Of a DNA stretch of 64,000 nucleotides, positions 16,589-27,598 are shown piece after piece. This DNA is from Pseudomonadota bacterium (lineage in GTDB: Bacteria; Pseudomonadota; Gammaproteobacteria; Burkholderiales; Rhodocyclaceae): the NCBI GenBank assembly GCA_039805865.1, contig JBDLTI010000003.1, positions 381-64,380 of the forward strand, in the 5' to 3' direction. Below the pieces are notes generated by a model. It saw only the letters and a program-made list of their open reading frames with translations. It had not been told where the DNA came from and made no database searches. The number at the start of each line of letters is the position of its first letter. The first letter of the stretch is position 1. The translations under genes were made by a program, and so were the position numbers.

Positions 16589-19500
16589 TACAAGTGAGAA
16601 GGGTCTGGAGACACTAATCGTTCGGCATTTGACCGGCGAAAACGAGCCAGCGCCGTCCCTGACCTCTAAAGATATCGTGCCTTGGCCTCAGCAGGTGTGG
16701 CGTACTAGTGGGCTTGCCCCGTATGCCGTAGGCGGCTATACCCAGGGTAAACCGACAAACTACAACCGTGACGTAGCGCTTGACGTAGTGCAGCTATTGG
16801 CTTTCCTGCAAGATACACAGCCGGAAGCTGTTAATACACTGGAACTAGTTAGTGAAGGCATCAAGTGCACGCAATTTCTACACCGTGTCCAAGGCGAAAT
16901 CGCCAAACGTGGGGTAGTGGATGTGTTGCGCAAGGGTGTCAGCCATGGACCGTTGCACGTCGACTTGTACAAGTTGCTACCAACGCCGGGTAATGCCAGT
17001 GCTGCTGAAAACTTCGGCAAGAATATATTCAGCGTTACTCGCCAGTTGCGTTACAGCAACGACGAATCGCAACGGTCGCTGGACATGGCGATCTTTATCA
17101 ATGGGTTGCCGGTGCTGACCTTCGAGCTGAAAAACTCGCTCACCAAGCAGACTGTTGCTGATGCCGTAACGCAATACCAGACTGACCGCAATCCAAATGA
17201 ATTGTTGTTCCAGCTGGGTCGATGCGTAGCGCATATCGCTCTTGACGATGCAGAGGTGCGGTTCTGTACGCACCTTACAGGTAAGACATCGTGGTTTCTG
17301 CCATTTAACCAGGGGTGGTGCCATGGCGCGGGAAATCCACCCAACCCACTTGGTTTGAAAACTGACTATCTTTGGAAGCAGGTGCTGCTGAAGGAATCGT
17401 TGGCAAATATCATCGAGAACTTCACACAGGTGGTTGAGGAAGAAGACGAAAAGGGTAGAAAACGACGGAAACAGATCTTCCCGCGCTTTCATCAATTACG
17501 TACCGTGCGTGCACTGTTACGCCGCGTCAGTGAAGACGGTGTTGGCAAGCGTTATTTGGTTCAACACTCGGCGGGTAGCGGTAAGAGCAACACGATTGCT
17601 TGGCTCGCACATCAATTGGTTGAGCTTAAGAGCATAGCCGACCCAATGAAGGCGCAGTTCGATTCAATTATTGTCATTACGGATCGCCGGGCATTAGATA
17701 CCCAGATTGCCAGGACGATTAAGAGCTACGACCATGTTGCCTCTATTTTTGGCCATTCTGAGGATGCTGCCGAGTTACGTACCTTCTTACATAAAGGTAA
17801 GAAGATCATTGTTACAACTGTACAGAAATTCCCCTTCATTCTCGATGAACTTGGCGACCTAAGCGGTAAAAATTTTGCGCTGTTGATTGATGAAGCGCAC
17901 TCTAGTCAGGGCGGCAAGACTACGGCGAAGATGCACATGGCACTTTCTGGCAATATCAGCGCTGATTCTGTTGATGATGAGACCGAAGAGGAATCTGTTG
18001 AGGATGCCGTCAATAGGATGATTGAGTCGCGCAAGATGTTGCCCAATGCCAGCTACTTTGCCTTCACAGCCACTCCCAAGAATCGCACATTGGAATTGTT
18101 TGGTGAACGATATGTTGAAGGAAGTAATGTTCACTTTCGTTCACCCGAGGAACTAACCTACACCACGAAGCAAGCGATTCAGGAAGGGTTTATTCTTGAC
18201 GTGATTGCAAACTACACGCCCGTGGAAAGCTTCTACCACGTAGCGAAGACGGTAGAGGACGATCCGAATTTTGACAAAGTAAAGGCGCTAAAGAAGATCC
18301 GACATTACGTTGAATCTCACGATAAGGCCATCCGGAAGAAGGCCGAAATCATGGTCGACCATTTCATGGCGCAGGTGGCAGGCAAACAAAAGATTGGTGG
18401 TAAGGCGCGAGGAATGGTCGTTTGTAATGGGATCGCGCGAGCTATTGATTATTACCATGAAATAACTGATTACCTTGCTTCGATAAAAAGTCCTTACAAG
18501 GCTATTGTTGCCTATTCGGGCGATTTTGAAATTGGTGGCGTGAAGAAGACTGAGGCAGATCTCAATGGGTTCCCGAGCAAAGATATACCGGCTAAGCTGA
18601 AAATAGATCCTTATCGTTTTTTGATTGTTGCCAATAAGTTTGTTACAGGCTTCGATGAACCGCTACTACACACGATGTATGTGGATAAGCCTTTGGCAGG
18701 GGTTCTGGCGGTCCAAACCCTTTCACGCCTGAACCGTGCACACCCGCAGAAGCGTGATACTTTTGTACTAGACTTTGCAGATAACGCTGAGGCAGTAAAG
18801 CTTGCTTTCCAAGACTATTACCGAGCCACTATTCAAACCGGTGAAACAGATCCTAATAAGCTACACGATCTGAAAAATGACCTCGACGCAAAGCAAGTGT
18901 ATAGCAGTCAGCAACTCGAAGATTTGGTGATGCTTTACGTCTCTGGCGCAGAGCGGGACAAGCTTGACCCTATTCTCGATCTTTGTGTTGCCGAATATAT
19001 CGAAAAACTTAATGAAGATGATCAAGTTGAGTTTAAAGGCAAGGCCAAGAGCTTTGTGCGTAGCTATAACTTTCTCGCTGCAATCCTGACATATGGCCAA
19101 CCAGCCTGGGAAAAACTTGCAATCTTCTTAAATTTCTTGATTCCAAAACTGCCGGCTCCGAAGGAAGAAGACCTTTCTAGGGGTGTGCTGGAAGCCATCG
19201 ATATGGATAGCTACAGGGTCGACGCACGAGCATCGTTACGGTTGTCGATGGATGATGTGGATGGTTTTGTCGAACCGCCTCCGACGGGTGGCGGTGGCCG
19301 TGGTTCGGCTGAAATCGACAAGCTTTCAAACATCATAAAAGCCTTTAACGACTTGTTTGGCAACATCGAGTGGAAAGACGGCGATAAGATCCGGAAGGTT
19401 ATTACTGAAGAGATACCTGAACGGGTGGCGCAAGACAAGGCCTACCAGAATGCTCAGGCCAATTCCGACAAGCAAAACGCCAAGCTGGAACACGACAAAG

Positions 19501-19658
19501 CGCTGAATCGTGTAGTGCTTGAATTTCTATCTGATCACACAGAGTTGTTCAAGCAGTTTAGTGATAACCCCAATTTCAAGCGCTGGTTAACGGACACGGT
19601 CTTTGACGTAACCTATCGGCCTAATGATCTAGATAGCAGACCTCCAAGCCACATTTGA
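16575..19658 (+). CDS. hsdR: Type I R-M restriction subunit
   Basis: Nuclease motif DMAIFINGLPVLTFELK, Walker A HSAGSGKS, DEAH box, AFTATP, TGFDEP, QTLSRLNR. Confidence 0.96.
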   Translation: MSTTDTSEKGLETLIVRHLTGENEPAPSLTSKDIVPWPQQVWRTSGLAPYAVGGYTQGKPTNYNRDVALDVVQLLAFLQDTQPEAVNTLELVSEGIKCTQFLHRVQGEIAKRGVVDVLRKGVSHGPLHVDLYKLLPTPGNASAAENFGKNIFSVTRQLRYSNDESQRSLDMAIFINGLPVLTFELKNSLTKQTVADAVTQYQTDRNPNELLFQLGRCVAHIALDDAEVRFCTHLTGKTSWFLPFNQGWCHGAGNPPNPLGLKTDYLWKQVLLKESLANIIENFTQVVEEEDEKGRKRRKQIFPRFHQLRTVRALLRRVSEDGVGKRYLVQHSAGSGKSNTIAWLAHQLVELKSIADPMKAQFDSIIVITDRRALDTQIARTIKSYDHVASIFGHSEDAAELRTFLHKGKKIIVTTVQKFPFILDELGDLSGKNFALLIDEAHSSQGGKTTAKMHMALSGNISADSVDDETEEESVEDAVNRMIESRKMLPNASYFAFTATPKNRTLELFGERYVEGSNVHFRSPEELTYTTKQAIQEGFILDVIANYTPVESFYHVAKTVEDDPNFDKVKALKKIRHYVESHDKAIRKKAEIMVDHFMAQVAGKQKIGGKARGMVVCNGIARAIDYYHEITDYLASIKSPYKAIVAYSGDFEIGGVKKTEADLNGFPSKDIPAKLKIDPYRFLIVANKFVTGFDEPLLHTMYVDKPLAGVLAVQTLSRLNRAHPQKRDTFVLDFADNAEAVKLAFQDYYRATIQTGETDPNKLHDLKNDLDAKQVYSSQQLEDLVMLYVSGAERDKLDPILDLCVAEYIEKLNEDDQVEFKGKAKSFVRSYNFLAAILTYGQPAWEKLAIFLNFLIPKLPAPKEEDLSRGVLEAIDMDSYRVDARASLRLSMDDVDGFVEPPPTGGGGRGSAEIDKLSNIIKAFNDLFGNIEWKDGDKIRKVITEEIPERVAQDKAYQNAQANSDKQNAKLEHDKALNRVVLEFLSDHTELFKQFSDNPNFKRWLTDTVFDVTYRPNDLDSRPPSHI

Positions 19659-19734
19659 TCTTATATACATAGAACCTTGGCGTTGCCAAACTGTGCGTCA
19701 TCGGATGAGAGACTGGAGCTTTTAGAATTGGCCT

Positions 19735-20196
19735 ATGAACACTAAACCTCTGATGATTAGCTTCGATTGCCAGGAAGAGGGCATCCTGGTGCTGCCCTTT
19801 GGTCGGGACGAAGATTTTGAAGTTCACTTTTTTATTACAGAGAATGGCATCAACTACAACGGTGACTGGTTGCCGGTAAACATCAGCGATTTAGCGGCTG
19901 AGGTGATGAAGCAAGTGCCACAGGGCTCACTCTATGAGCGTATGGCTGATGCGGTAAGTGTTGGGTTTCTCTTCGCGAGTCACGGGCAGCCAGATGTGAT
20001 GGAACAGCTGCGAAAGTATTGTCTTGAAGATGCGTGTGTTGAAGAGATCGAAGCCTGGCAGCAATGTCATGCGGTGGCGGAGAAGCTCGACCACTATAAA
20101 CCGGCTTCGGGTAGCGGTTATTGCCTAGAGGATGAAGACATTATCAAGGATGACAGTTACCGCTTGCTCATGGAGAAGTATGGGGTAGCGTACTAA
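19735..20196 (+). CDS. Hypothetical acidic protein
   Basis: 153-aa ORF filling the gap after hsdR; by hand count 29 D/E versus 11 K/R; no recognised family. Confidence 0.7.
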   Translation: MNTKPLMISFDCQEEGILVLPFGRDEDFEVHFFITENGINYNGDWLPVNISDLAAEVMKQVPQGSLYERMADAVSVGFLFASHGQPDVMEQLRKYCLEDACVEEIEAWQQCHAVAEKLDHYKPASGSGYCLEDEDIIKDDSYRLLMEKYGVAY

Positions 20197-20287
20197 GTAT
20201 CAGCTTCAGGGTCGTCAGCTAGCTGTGTCATCTGGCGAGGTAACGCGGCGAGTGTCTGTCCTAGTCGTCGCCCCTAATATTTATGCG
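20190..20287 (+). repeat. Degenerate attC-like imperfect inverted repeat
   Basis: Upstream stop codon lies in an R''-like site (ACTAAG), then a 5-bp spacer and L''-like GCTTCAGG. Arms 20208-20222 and 20261-20275 match at 11/15 positions; TTATGCG remnant of R'. Confidence 0.4.
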
Positions 20288-20447
20288 CAGCCGTCGAAGA
20301 GATGATTCATGGATTTCATCGAAAGAATTAGCCGCATTACGGAAGTATGGTGCGGATTTGTTGAATCTGACTGAAGCCCAGTTAGATAGAGCAATTGTAG
20401 AAGGTGCATTAGTGGAGATCTGTCATGACCAAGACTGCCAAGCGTAA
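20283..20447 (+). pseudogene. C-terminal remnant of a RelE/HigB-type toxin
   Basis: Translates ...ISSKELAALRKYGADLLNLTEAQLDRAIVEGALVEICHDQDCQA*, a typical RelE-like toxin C-terminus that overlaps the antitoxin start. The N-terminal part is missing. Confidence 0.7.
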
Positions 20448-20754
20448 ACCTCAAAGCCCTATCATGTCTGCCGTACATGAGGGGGCTTTAGATTTGCACC
20501 GACTAGGCTTTATCGATAAGCGCAAGATGCAGGAATATGATGCACTTTGTCTGGAGCCCATCCCCGATTATGATTGCGATCAAATCAGAAACCTGCGCAC
20601 CCGATTAAACCTTAGTCAGCCAGTATTCGCAGCTGTGTTGAATACCACGCTGTCTACCGTGGTTCAGTGGGAAGGTGGCAAAAAGCACCCGCGAGGCACA
20701 TCGCTCAAGTTGCTGAACCTGGTTGATCGCAAAGGGTTGGAAGCCGTTCTTTAG
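20425..20754 (+). CDS. XRE-family HTH antitoxin (HigA-like)
   Basis: SAVHEGALDLHRLGFID...MQEYDALCL, LSQPVFAAVLN, QWEGGKKHPRGTSLKLL. Confidence 0.9.
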   Translation: MTKTAKRKPQSPIMSAVHEGALDLHRLGFIDKRKMQEYDALCLEPIPDYDCDQIRNLRTRLNLSQPVFAAVLNTTLSTVVQWEGGKKHPRGTSLKLLNLVDRKGLEAVL

Positions 20755-20761
20755 TTTCTGG

Positions 20762-21307
20762 CTATGGGTTCTCGAAAGAACCATCACCTGTCCAGGGTTC
20801 ACAGTAGGTGGAGTACATGCCGCCACGCTGGTAGAAGGGATCAGGCCAGATTTCGGTAGTTTTAACGAGCAGGGTGTCTGCGTCAAAGCTCACGGTGAAG
20901 GCCATACGCAGTAAGCTGGAATCGCACCAGCCCCAGTTCCAGTCTAGGGCATTCTTTTGCGGGAAACGGTAGGTATCCCGATAGGGCCCCAGTATTTTGA
21001 GCACTTGCGCCTGTGTGTCGCCCACTTTGATTTCTGTGAAGTGTTTGAGGTCGAGCACCTGCTCTTTGCGCGTCATTTTGCCGCTGTCATCGAAATACAC
21101 CATGAAGCTCACCCAGCCGGCAGGGCCGCGTGGGTAAGCGAGTTGTTGCACTTGTCCTTGCGGATTCTTCCAGACCATGGCGGGTACGCCCATGGTGGAC
21201 TCAACGTCAGCTACGTTAGCAACGCCGGGTTTTAAGCCGGCACCACTATAAGAGGCGCACCCAACAAGCATTAGTCCCGCAAGAAAATGTGTGAGTAGGT
21301 ATTTCAT
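20762..21307 (-). CDS. Lipoprotein with SmpA/BamE-like repeats
   Basis: Lipobox LVGC; two 'G.T...V...G.P'-type segments. Confidence 0.7.
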   Translation of the reverse strand: MKYLLTHFLAGLMLVGCASYSGAGLKPGVANVADVESTMGVPAMVWKNPQGQVQQLAYPRGPAGWVSFMVYFDDSGKMTRKEQVLDLKHFTEIKVGDTQAQVLKILGPYRDTYRFPQKNALDWNWGWCDSSLLRMAFTVSFDADTLLVKTTEIWPDPFYQRGGMYSTYCEPWTGDGSFENP

Positions 21308-23010
21308 GAGTTCAGGTATTTGCCTAACCAGCTACCTGTTTCCGCGTGGCCCGTGATGATGTAGCTCAATGCGTTGGCATAACTGCCGGTGAGCTTTTGC
21401 TCGTTCCAGGCCTCGCGTGAACCTGCCCAGATGATTTTGTCACCACTATGCAGGGGCAAATCAGACGCTGGACACAAGATCAGTTGGCCAGCACGTTCCA
21501 GCATCAGTGGCATTAATTTCAATGGATTATCCCGGTTCCTGTTTGAGGTCATCATGACAGATAGGGGAATAGGGGACGCTAAGTTTTGTAGGGCGTGATT
21601 GAGTGCAGGGGTTTTGATACGGTTGATACGTGTTGTCCAGACATAGGGGACAAGACCAGAACAAGCTGGTGCAAGCGATTCGAGCAGATTTGTGGCCCAC
21701 TCGGCTGACTGTTTTTCTACTTCACGAATAAACCGCGACAGCATGGGGGTTGTCAGGTAACTCAGGCAGGCATGCGCCACTGTCTGCGTTGTCACCATGG
21801 TGAGATTGGCGTCAAATGTTTCAAAGAGTGCAGAGTTACCTGAGCTGCTCTGACGCATAACGATGAACAGATCTGGATTGAGTTCGCGTGCGGTTATGGC
21901 AATAGATAGGTTGTTGATGTCATTGTCTGACGCAGCAACCAGGCCAACGGCATCCTTGATGCCGGCATCGATGAGCGGGTTGGCTTCAGTGCCAGCGCTG
22001 ACGATACTGATATGGTCATCAGGGCTGGTTGGTCGTGGATCGATGATCCGTACGTTGTCATGTAGGCCCATGTTGTCCAGACGCTGCACAATGGCACGTC
22101 CGAAGTGGCCATAGCCGCAAATGATCCACTTACCGGTAGGGGGTTCGTGTAGTTCCGGTAGTGGGGTTCCCGGAACACGTGTTAACCATTCCACCAATTG
22201 GTAGCTCGGGGGGCTGCGCATCGCGAGTGCTAGCCTGCGAGCATATAGGGTGTAGGGATCGACCACAAAATTGGTGCCGAATGACGCCATGTTTGAAGCC
22301 GTCGCCGCATGTTCGGCGCGGGCAATGATGGGAATGCCGGGGTTGAGTAGCCGGACTGTCATGGCAATGGCCAGGTTGGCCTCGTCACTGTTGGTAACGG
22401 CTAATACGGCTTTACAGCGTGCGTGTTTTAGCCCGGCTATGAGGAGCGTTTCTGGAATCTGGGCATCGGCGTGAAGTGCCGGCACATCTGCCTGGTAGTC
22501 GCCAAGTTCCAGTTCCTGCAGGGGTTCTGCACGAACATCCAGCACAACAAAGCGCATCTGAACTTGATCCAGTGTTTTGGATATAAGCGAACCTGTTTCG
22601 CCCAGGCCGCAGATGATGCAGAAAGGTTCGGTAAGATTTTTTACCTTTCGGTTGAAGCGGCTTCGTGCCAGGGCGCGTTGTAACCCCTCATCTTTAAGCA
22701 GGTTGAGGATGCTGAGGATGGAATAGGACCAACCGATAACGGTGAGGTAAATACAGACGGTGACCCAGAAACGCTGTGCATAGGAAAATGCGTTAGGAAT
22801 TTCGCCAAAGCCAATCGTTGTGGCTGTGTAACTGATGAAGTAAAACGCATCAAAGAATGTCATGGGCGCTGTTGCAGCGCCGTTTGCATCAATACCGGGA
22901 ACCAGGACGAGGCCGAAGATCGATACCGCATAAATTAGGATCATAACGATCAGCGGCGTTCTCATCCGGCGAAGGACAAGAAATAGTACGCTGTCGTTGA
23001 CGATGCTCAT
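21304..23010 (-). CDS. Potassium channel protein with two RCK/TrkA-N domains
   Basis: 2TM pore with filter TTIGFGE; two Rossmann motifs (ICGLGETG, ICGYGHFG). Confidence 0.9.
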   Translation of the reverse strand: MSIVNDSVLFLVLRRMRTPLIVMILIYAVSIFGLVLVPGIDANGAATAPMTFFDAFYFISYTATTIGFGEIPNAFSYAQRFWVTVCIYLTVIGWSYSILSILNLLKDEGLQRALARSRFNRKVKNLTEPFCIICGLGETGSLISKTLDQVQMRFVVLDVRAEPLQELELGDYQADVPALHADAQIPETLLIAGLKHARCKAVLAVTNSDEANLAIAMTVRLLNPGIPIIARAEHAATASNMASFGTNFVVDPYTLYARRLALAMRSPPSYQLVEWLTRVPGTPLPELHEPPTGKWIICGYGHFGRAIVQRLDNMGLHDNVRIIDPRPTSPDDHISIVSAGTEANPLIDAGIKDAVGLVAASDNDINNLSIAITARELNPDLFIVMRQSSSGNSALFETFDANLTMVTTQTVAHACLSYLTTPMLSRFIREVEKQSAEWATNLLESLAPACSGLVPYVWTTRINRIKTPALNHALQNLASPIPLSVMMTSNRNRDNPLKLMPLMLERAGQLILCPASDLPLHSGDKIIWAGSREAWNEQKLTGSYANALSYIITGHAETGSWLGKYLNS

Positions 23011-23032
23011 GACCGTTGTTTGCCCGAGGGTT

Positions 23033-23416
23033 CTATCGGCGCATCATCAGTGTTTCTGCAATCAGCAGAATCACCGACACCACATTGGCGAACAGGGCGC
23101 CGCCGGATAGCGAGACAACGCTGGCTGTGATTTCCGGGGTCATACCCAGACCCAGGACATGCACGGCAAAGCCCCAGGTCACTGCAGCGGCGATGAGTTG
23201 TAGATCAGCTACCAGACTTGTGGCCAGGTGAATGGCGCCAATCTGGGTGCGGTCACCGAACTTCAGGGTCGTGGCAATGAGGTTAACAACGATTGCGGCA
23301 AATAATTCGTAGATGTGGTGGAGCTCTGGTCGGGCAATGTCACCGATAAAGAATCCGAAGTTGAGCGTTGCCGCCAGGACAATAAAGAAACCAAAGACGA
23401 CTTTTTCCAGATTCAT
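23033..23416 (-). CDS. Small membrane protein (DUF6394-like), upstream of the K+ channel
   Basis: 127 aa, four hydrophobic segments, MNLEKVVFGFF start; family recalled from memory. Confidence 0.75.
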   Translation of the reverse strand: MNLEKVVFGFFIVLAATLNFGFFIGDIARPELHHIYELFAAIVVNLIATTLKFGDRTQIGAIHLATSLVADLQLIAAAVTWGFAVHVLGLGMTPEITASVVSLSGGALFANVVSVILLIAETLMMRR

Positions 23417-23475
23417 GACTGAGCCTCAATATTTGTAGCGTTAACATTTTAATTATAGGCCTTGCTCGCACCCCG

Positions 23476-24237
23476 TTATAGGAAAAGAAGCTTGAGCCCA
23501 ATAATGATGGTGGTGGCTTCAAATGCCCTTTTAACGAGCGTGTTTCCCTGGCGAATGGCCATATGGCTGCCTAAATAGCCACCGATGATTGAACCGATAA
23601 TCAGTGCCGGTAACCAGTCCCATGCAATATCACCGGCCAAACCCAGAACAAAGGCACCTGTCCCATTCCATACGAGGCCGCAAAGAACCAAGGTGTAGGC
23701 AATAGCGCGTTTGTAATCCATGCCGAAGTGGCGAATTAGCCAGATCGTGAGGAATAAACCGCTACCCGAGGTGATTGATCCGTTGAGAAAACCAACCACA
23801 AAGAGTCCGGCCATGCCTTGCCAAAGTCCTGCGCCATGCCAGTTCTTGGGTGTGTATTCGATACCGAGTTTCGGTTTGAATATCGAATAAATACCCAGGC
23901 TGATAGTTAACAACCCCAGGGTCATTAGCGCTTCTTTTTCTGGTGCTTTAAGGATTAATGATGCACCCAGGATGACGCCGGGAATACCTGACCCCAGAAT
24001 GATGAGTGAGGCTCTACGTTCAAGATGGCTTTCTCTTATATGGCGCAAAATGGCGCCAACACCCAGAAACACGCTGGCCACTTTATGGGTTGCTAAAGCA
24101 GCTGCGAAACTCAGGCCCAGGAAAATCAATATCGGAAACTGGATAAGACCTACGCCACCGCCAGATAGGGCAGAAAAGAAGTTGGCAACGATAGCCGTGC
24201 CAAAAAGTATGGCCTGATGGGCCAGATCGAGCGTCAT
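23476..24237 (-). CDS. Sulfite exporter TauE/SafE (TSUP) family protein
   Basis: Duplicated GGG/GSG motifs, about 8 TM segments, 253 aa. Confidence 0.88.
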   Translation of the reverse strand: MTLDLAHQAILFGTAIVANFFSALSGGGVGLIQFPILIFLGLSFAAALATHKVASVFLGVGAILRHIRESHLERRASLIILGSGIPGVILGASLILKAPEKEALMTLGLLTISLGIYSIFKPKLGIEYTPKNWHGAGLWQGMAGLFVVGFLNGSITSGSGLFLTIWLIRHFGMDYKRAIAYTLVLCGLVWNGTGAFVLGLAGDIAWDWLPALIIGSIIGGYLGSHMAIRQGNTLVKRAFEATTIIIGLKLLFL

Positions 24238-24305
24238 GGGGTTAATGCCTAGGTGATAAGTCGTTATTATACGGAGCTTGAACGATCAATCTAATTCGAG
24301 CCGAC

Positions 24306-25627
<1,322 letters not shown>

Positions 25628-25640
<13 letters not shown>

Positions 25641-26548
25641 GGCTGTTGCACTTCGGTTTCGTCTGGCAAGACGCGGTCAATCAATTGAAGTGTCTGTTCG
25701 CCGGTTTCGCTTTGTAGGTAAATCGAGCCCTCAATCGCATCTTGCTGCAGCACGGCCAGTGCTTGCCATTGGCCTTGAGCATCTTGAGCGGTAGTGAGCA
25801 GGCTGCCACAGGCCTGGCCATTCAGTAGGCTGGACCGGACTTCTGCACCCGGCACCAGCGGTTGTACTGAACTAACGCGGTACAGGTGACGTTTGATTTT
25901 GCCGAGATAGTGTGTGCGAGCCACAATTTCCTGGCCGGGATAGCAGCCCTTTTTAAAGCTCACGCCGCCCAGTTTGTCCAGATTGACCATCTGCGGCACG
26001 TAATGCTCACTCGTTGCTTGCGTGACCAGCGGGAAGCCCTGCGCGATATCGCTCAGTACCCAGAGAGCAGGGTTCGTTGTATCGCCAGATCCAGCAAGCT
26101 GTTGTAACTCGGATTCTGTGCCGGTGAGTAGGTCACGGGTGCTGTCGAGCCGAACGACCGTAACATTATCGATACGGCTAACTTGCCAGTCATTGGCGGG
26201 GAGGACGTGGTTGTTGAGTTCTGGCGCGGGGTTGAGGAGGCCATAAACCACGTCTGTTGACGGGGTTACCTGAACTTTCAGGCGCATGACGTACATTTTA
26301 AGGCGTTTGGCAATGGCATCGCGGACATCGGCTGCCAATACCAGGCGGTAGCCGTTTTCAATGGGCCAAATGACGAAGGTGGAGAGTAGCCGACCTTTGG
26401 CCGTGCACCAGCCTGAAATCTGGGCGCGTTCGGCATTGAGCGTGCGGATGTCACTTGGCACCTGGGCATGAAGAAAGTTCTGGGCGTCTTCTCCGGTGAC
26501 ATCGAGGATGGCAAGGTGGGGAAGGGCAATAAATTGTGGGGTAGTCAT
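25628..26548 (-). CDS. ygfZ: Folate-binding Fe-S maturation protein
   Basis: KGCYPGQEIVAR signature. Confidence 0.95.
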
Positions 26549-26609
26549 CGATCTGGATCCTGGGTCTGTGCCCGGTTAAAGCCGGTTAAGGTTGGTATCA
26601 TAAGGGGCT

Positions 26610-27596
26610 ATGAAATTTTTGGCCAAATTCTTCTTTGCGACCGCATTGGCGGGGGTAATTGCCGTGCTTCTGGTCTTGCAGTGGCCGGTACCGCTGTCGG
26701 AACCGAAATTGCTGGTACGCATACCGCAGGGGGCATCGCTGCGAACGGCTGCCCACAGCCTTAATGAGGGCGGTGTAGGTATTCCTGCCTGGATTATTTC
26801 GGGCGTGGGGCGTGTGGCCGGTCTATCTACGTCGATTAAGGCCGGTAGCTATGAATTTGATCAGGGTATAGCCCTGTGGGCGTTACTGCGTAAATTATCC
26901 AGTGGTGACACCAGCCAGGCAGACATGCTTTTTGTAGAAGGGACGACTTTCCGGGATATCCGCGTCAAGCTGAATTCGCAATCCGAACTCATACACGCCA
27001 CCCGCGATATGAGTGATGCAGAGATTATGATCAAGCTGGGTGCAGCTGGTCAGTCGCCCGAGGGCTGGTTCTTTCCGGATACCTACCGTTTCGATAAACA
27101 ATCCGAGGATCTTGCGGTTCTGCAGCGGGCTTTCATCGCCATGCAGAAGCAGCTCAATGCGGTGTGGCAATCACGGGAACCCAATCTGCCTTTGAAATCG
27201 CCCTATGAACTACTGATTCTGGCATCCATTGTTGAAAAAGAGACTGGCGCTGCGGCCGATCGGACTCAAATCGCCGGCGTCTTTATTAATCGTCTGCGAA
27301 AGGGGATGCGTTTGCAGACGGATCCAACGGTGATCTATGGATTAGGAGAGCGCTTCGATGGCAATCTGCGTAAAGCCGATTTGCAACGAGACACCCCGCA
27401 CAATACCTATACACGGGATGGTTTGCCCCCGACACCGATCTGTATGCCGGGCATAGCGGCACTAAAGGCGGCTGCTCACCCGGCTAAAACGGATGCCTTG
27501 TATTTTGTTGCCAAGGGTGATGGCTCCAGTCAATTTTCTGCCACGCTCGACGCACATAACCAGGCAGTTAACCAATACCAACGAGGCAAGCCCTAA
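26610..27596 (+). CDS. mltG: Endolytic transglycosylase
   Basis: LASIVEKET, RLQTDPTVIYG, YFVAKGDG motifs. Confidence 0.96.
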   Translation: MKFLAKFFFATALAGVIAVLLVLQWPVPLSEPKLLVRIPQGASLRTAAHSLNEGGVGIPAWIISGVGRVAGLSTSIKAGSYEFDQGIALWALLRKLSSGDTSQADMLFVEGTTFRDIRVKLNSQSELIHATRDMSDAEIMIKLGAAGQSPEGWFFPDTYRFDKQSEDLAVLQRAFIAMQKQLNAVWQSREPNLPLKSPYELLILASIVEKETGAAADRTQIAGVFINRLRKGMRLQTDPTVIYGLGERFDGNLRKADLQRDTPHNTYTRDGLPPTPICMPGIAALKAAAHPAKTDALYFVAKGDGSSQFSATLDAHNQAVNQYQRGKP

Positions 27597-27598
27597 TC

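Larger units (their letters stand above)
9062..20754. other. Accessory/defence island downstream of tRNA-Val (no integrase seen)
   Basis: Eleven co-oriented non-housekeeping genes and remnants (Fic, cupin, WYL, orphans, type I R-M, TA) between a tRNA 3' end and convergent backbone genes. Confidence 0.7.

Noticed and set aside
8990-20760. attL/attR duplication of the tRNA-Val 3' end bounding the island
   Set aside because: No second copy was found by eye within the window.
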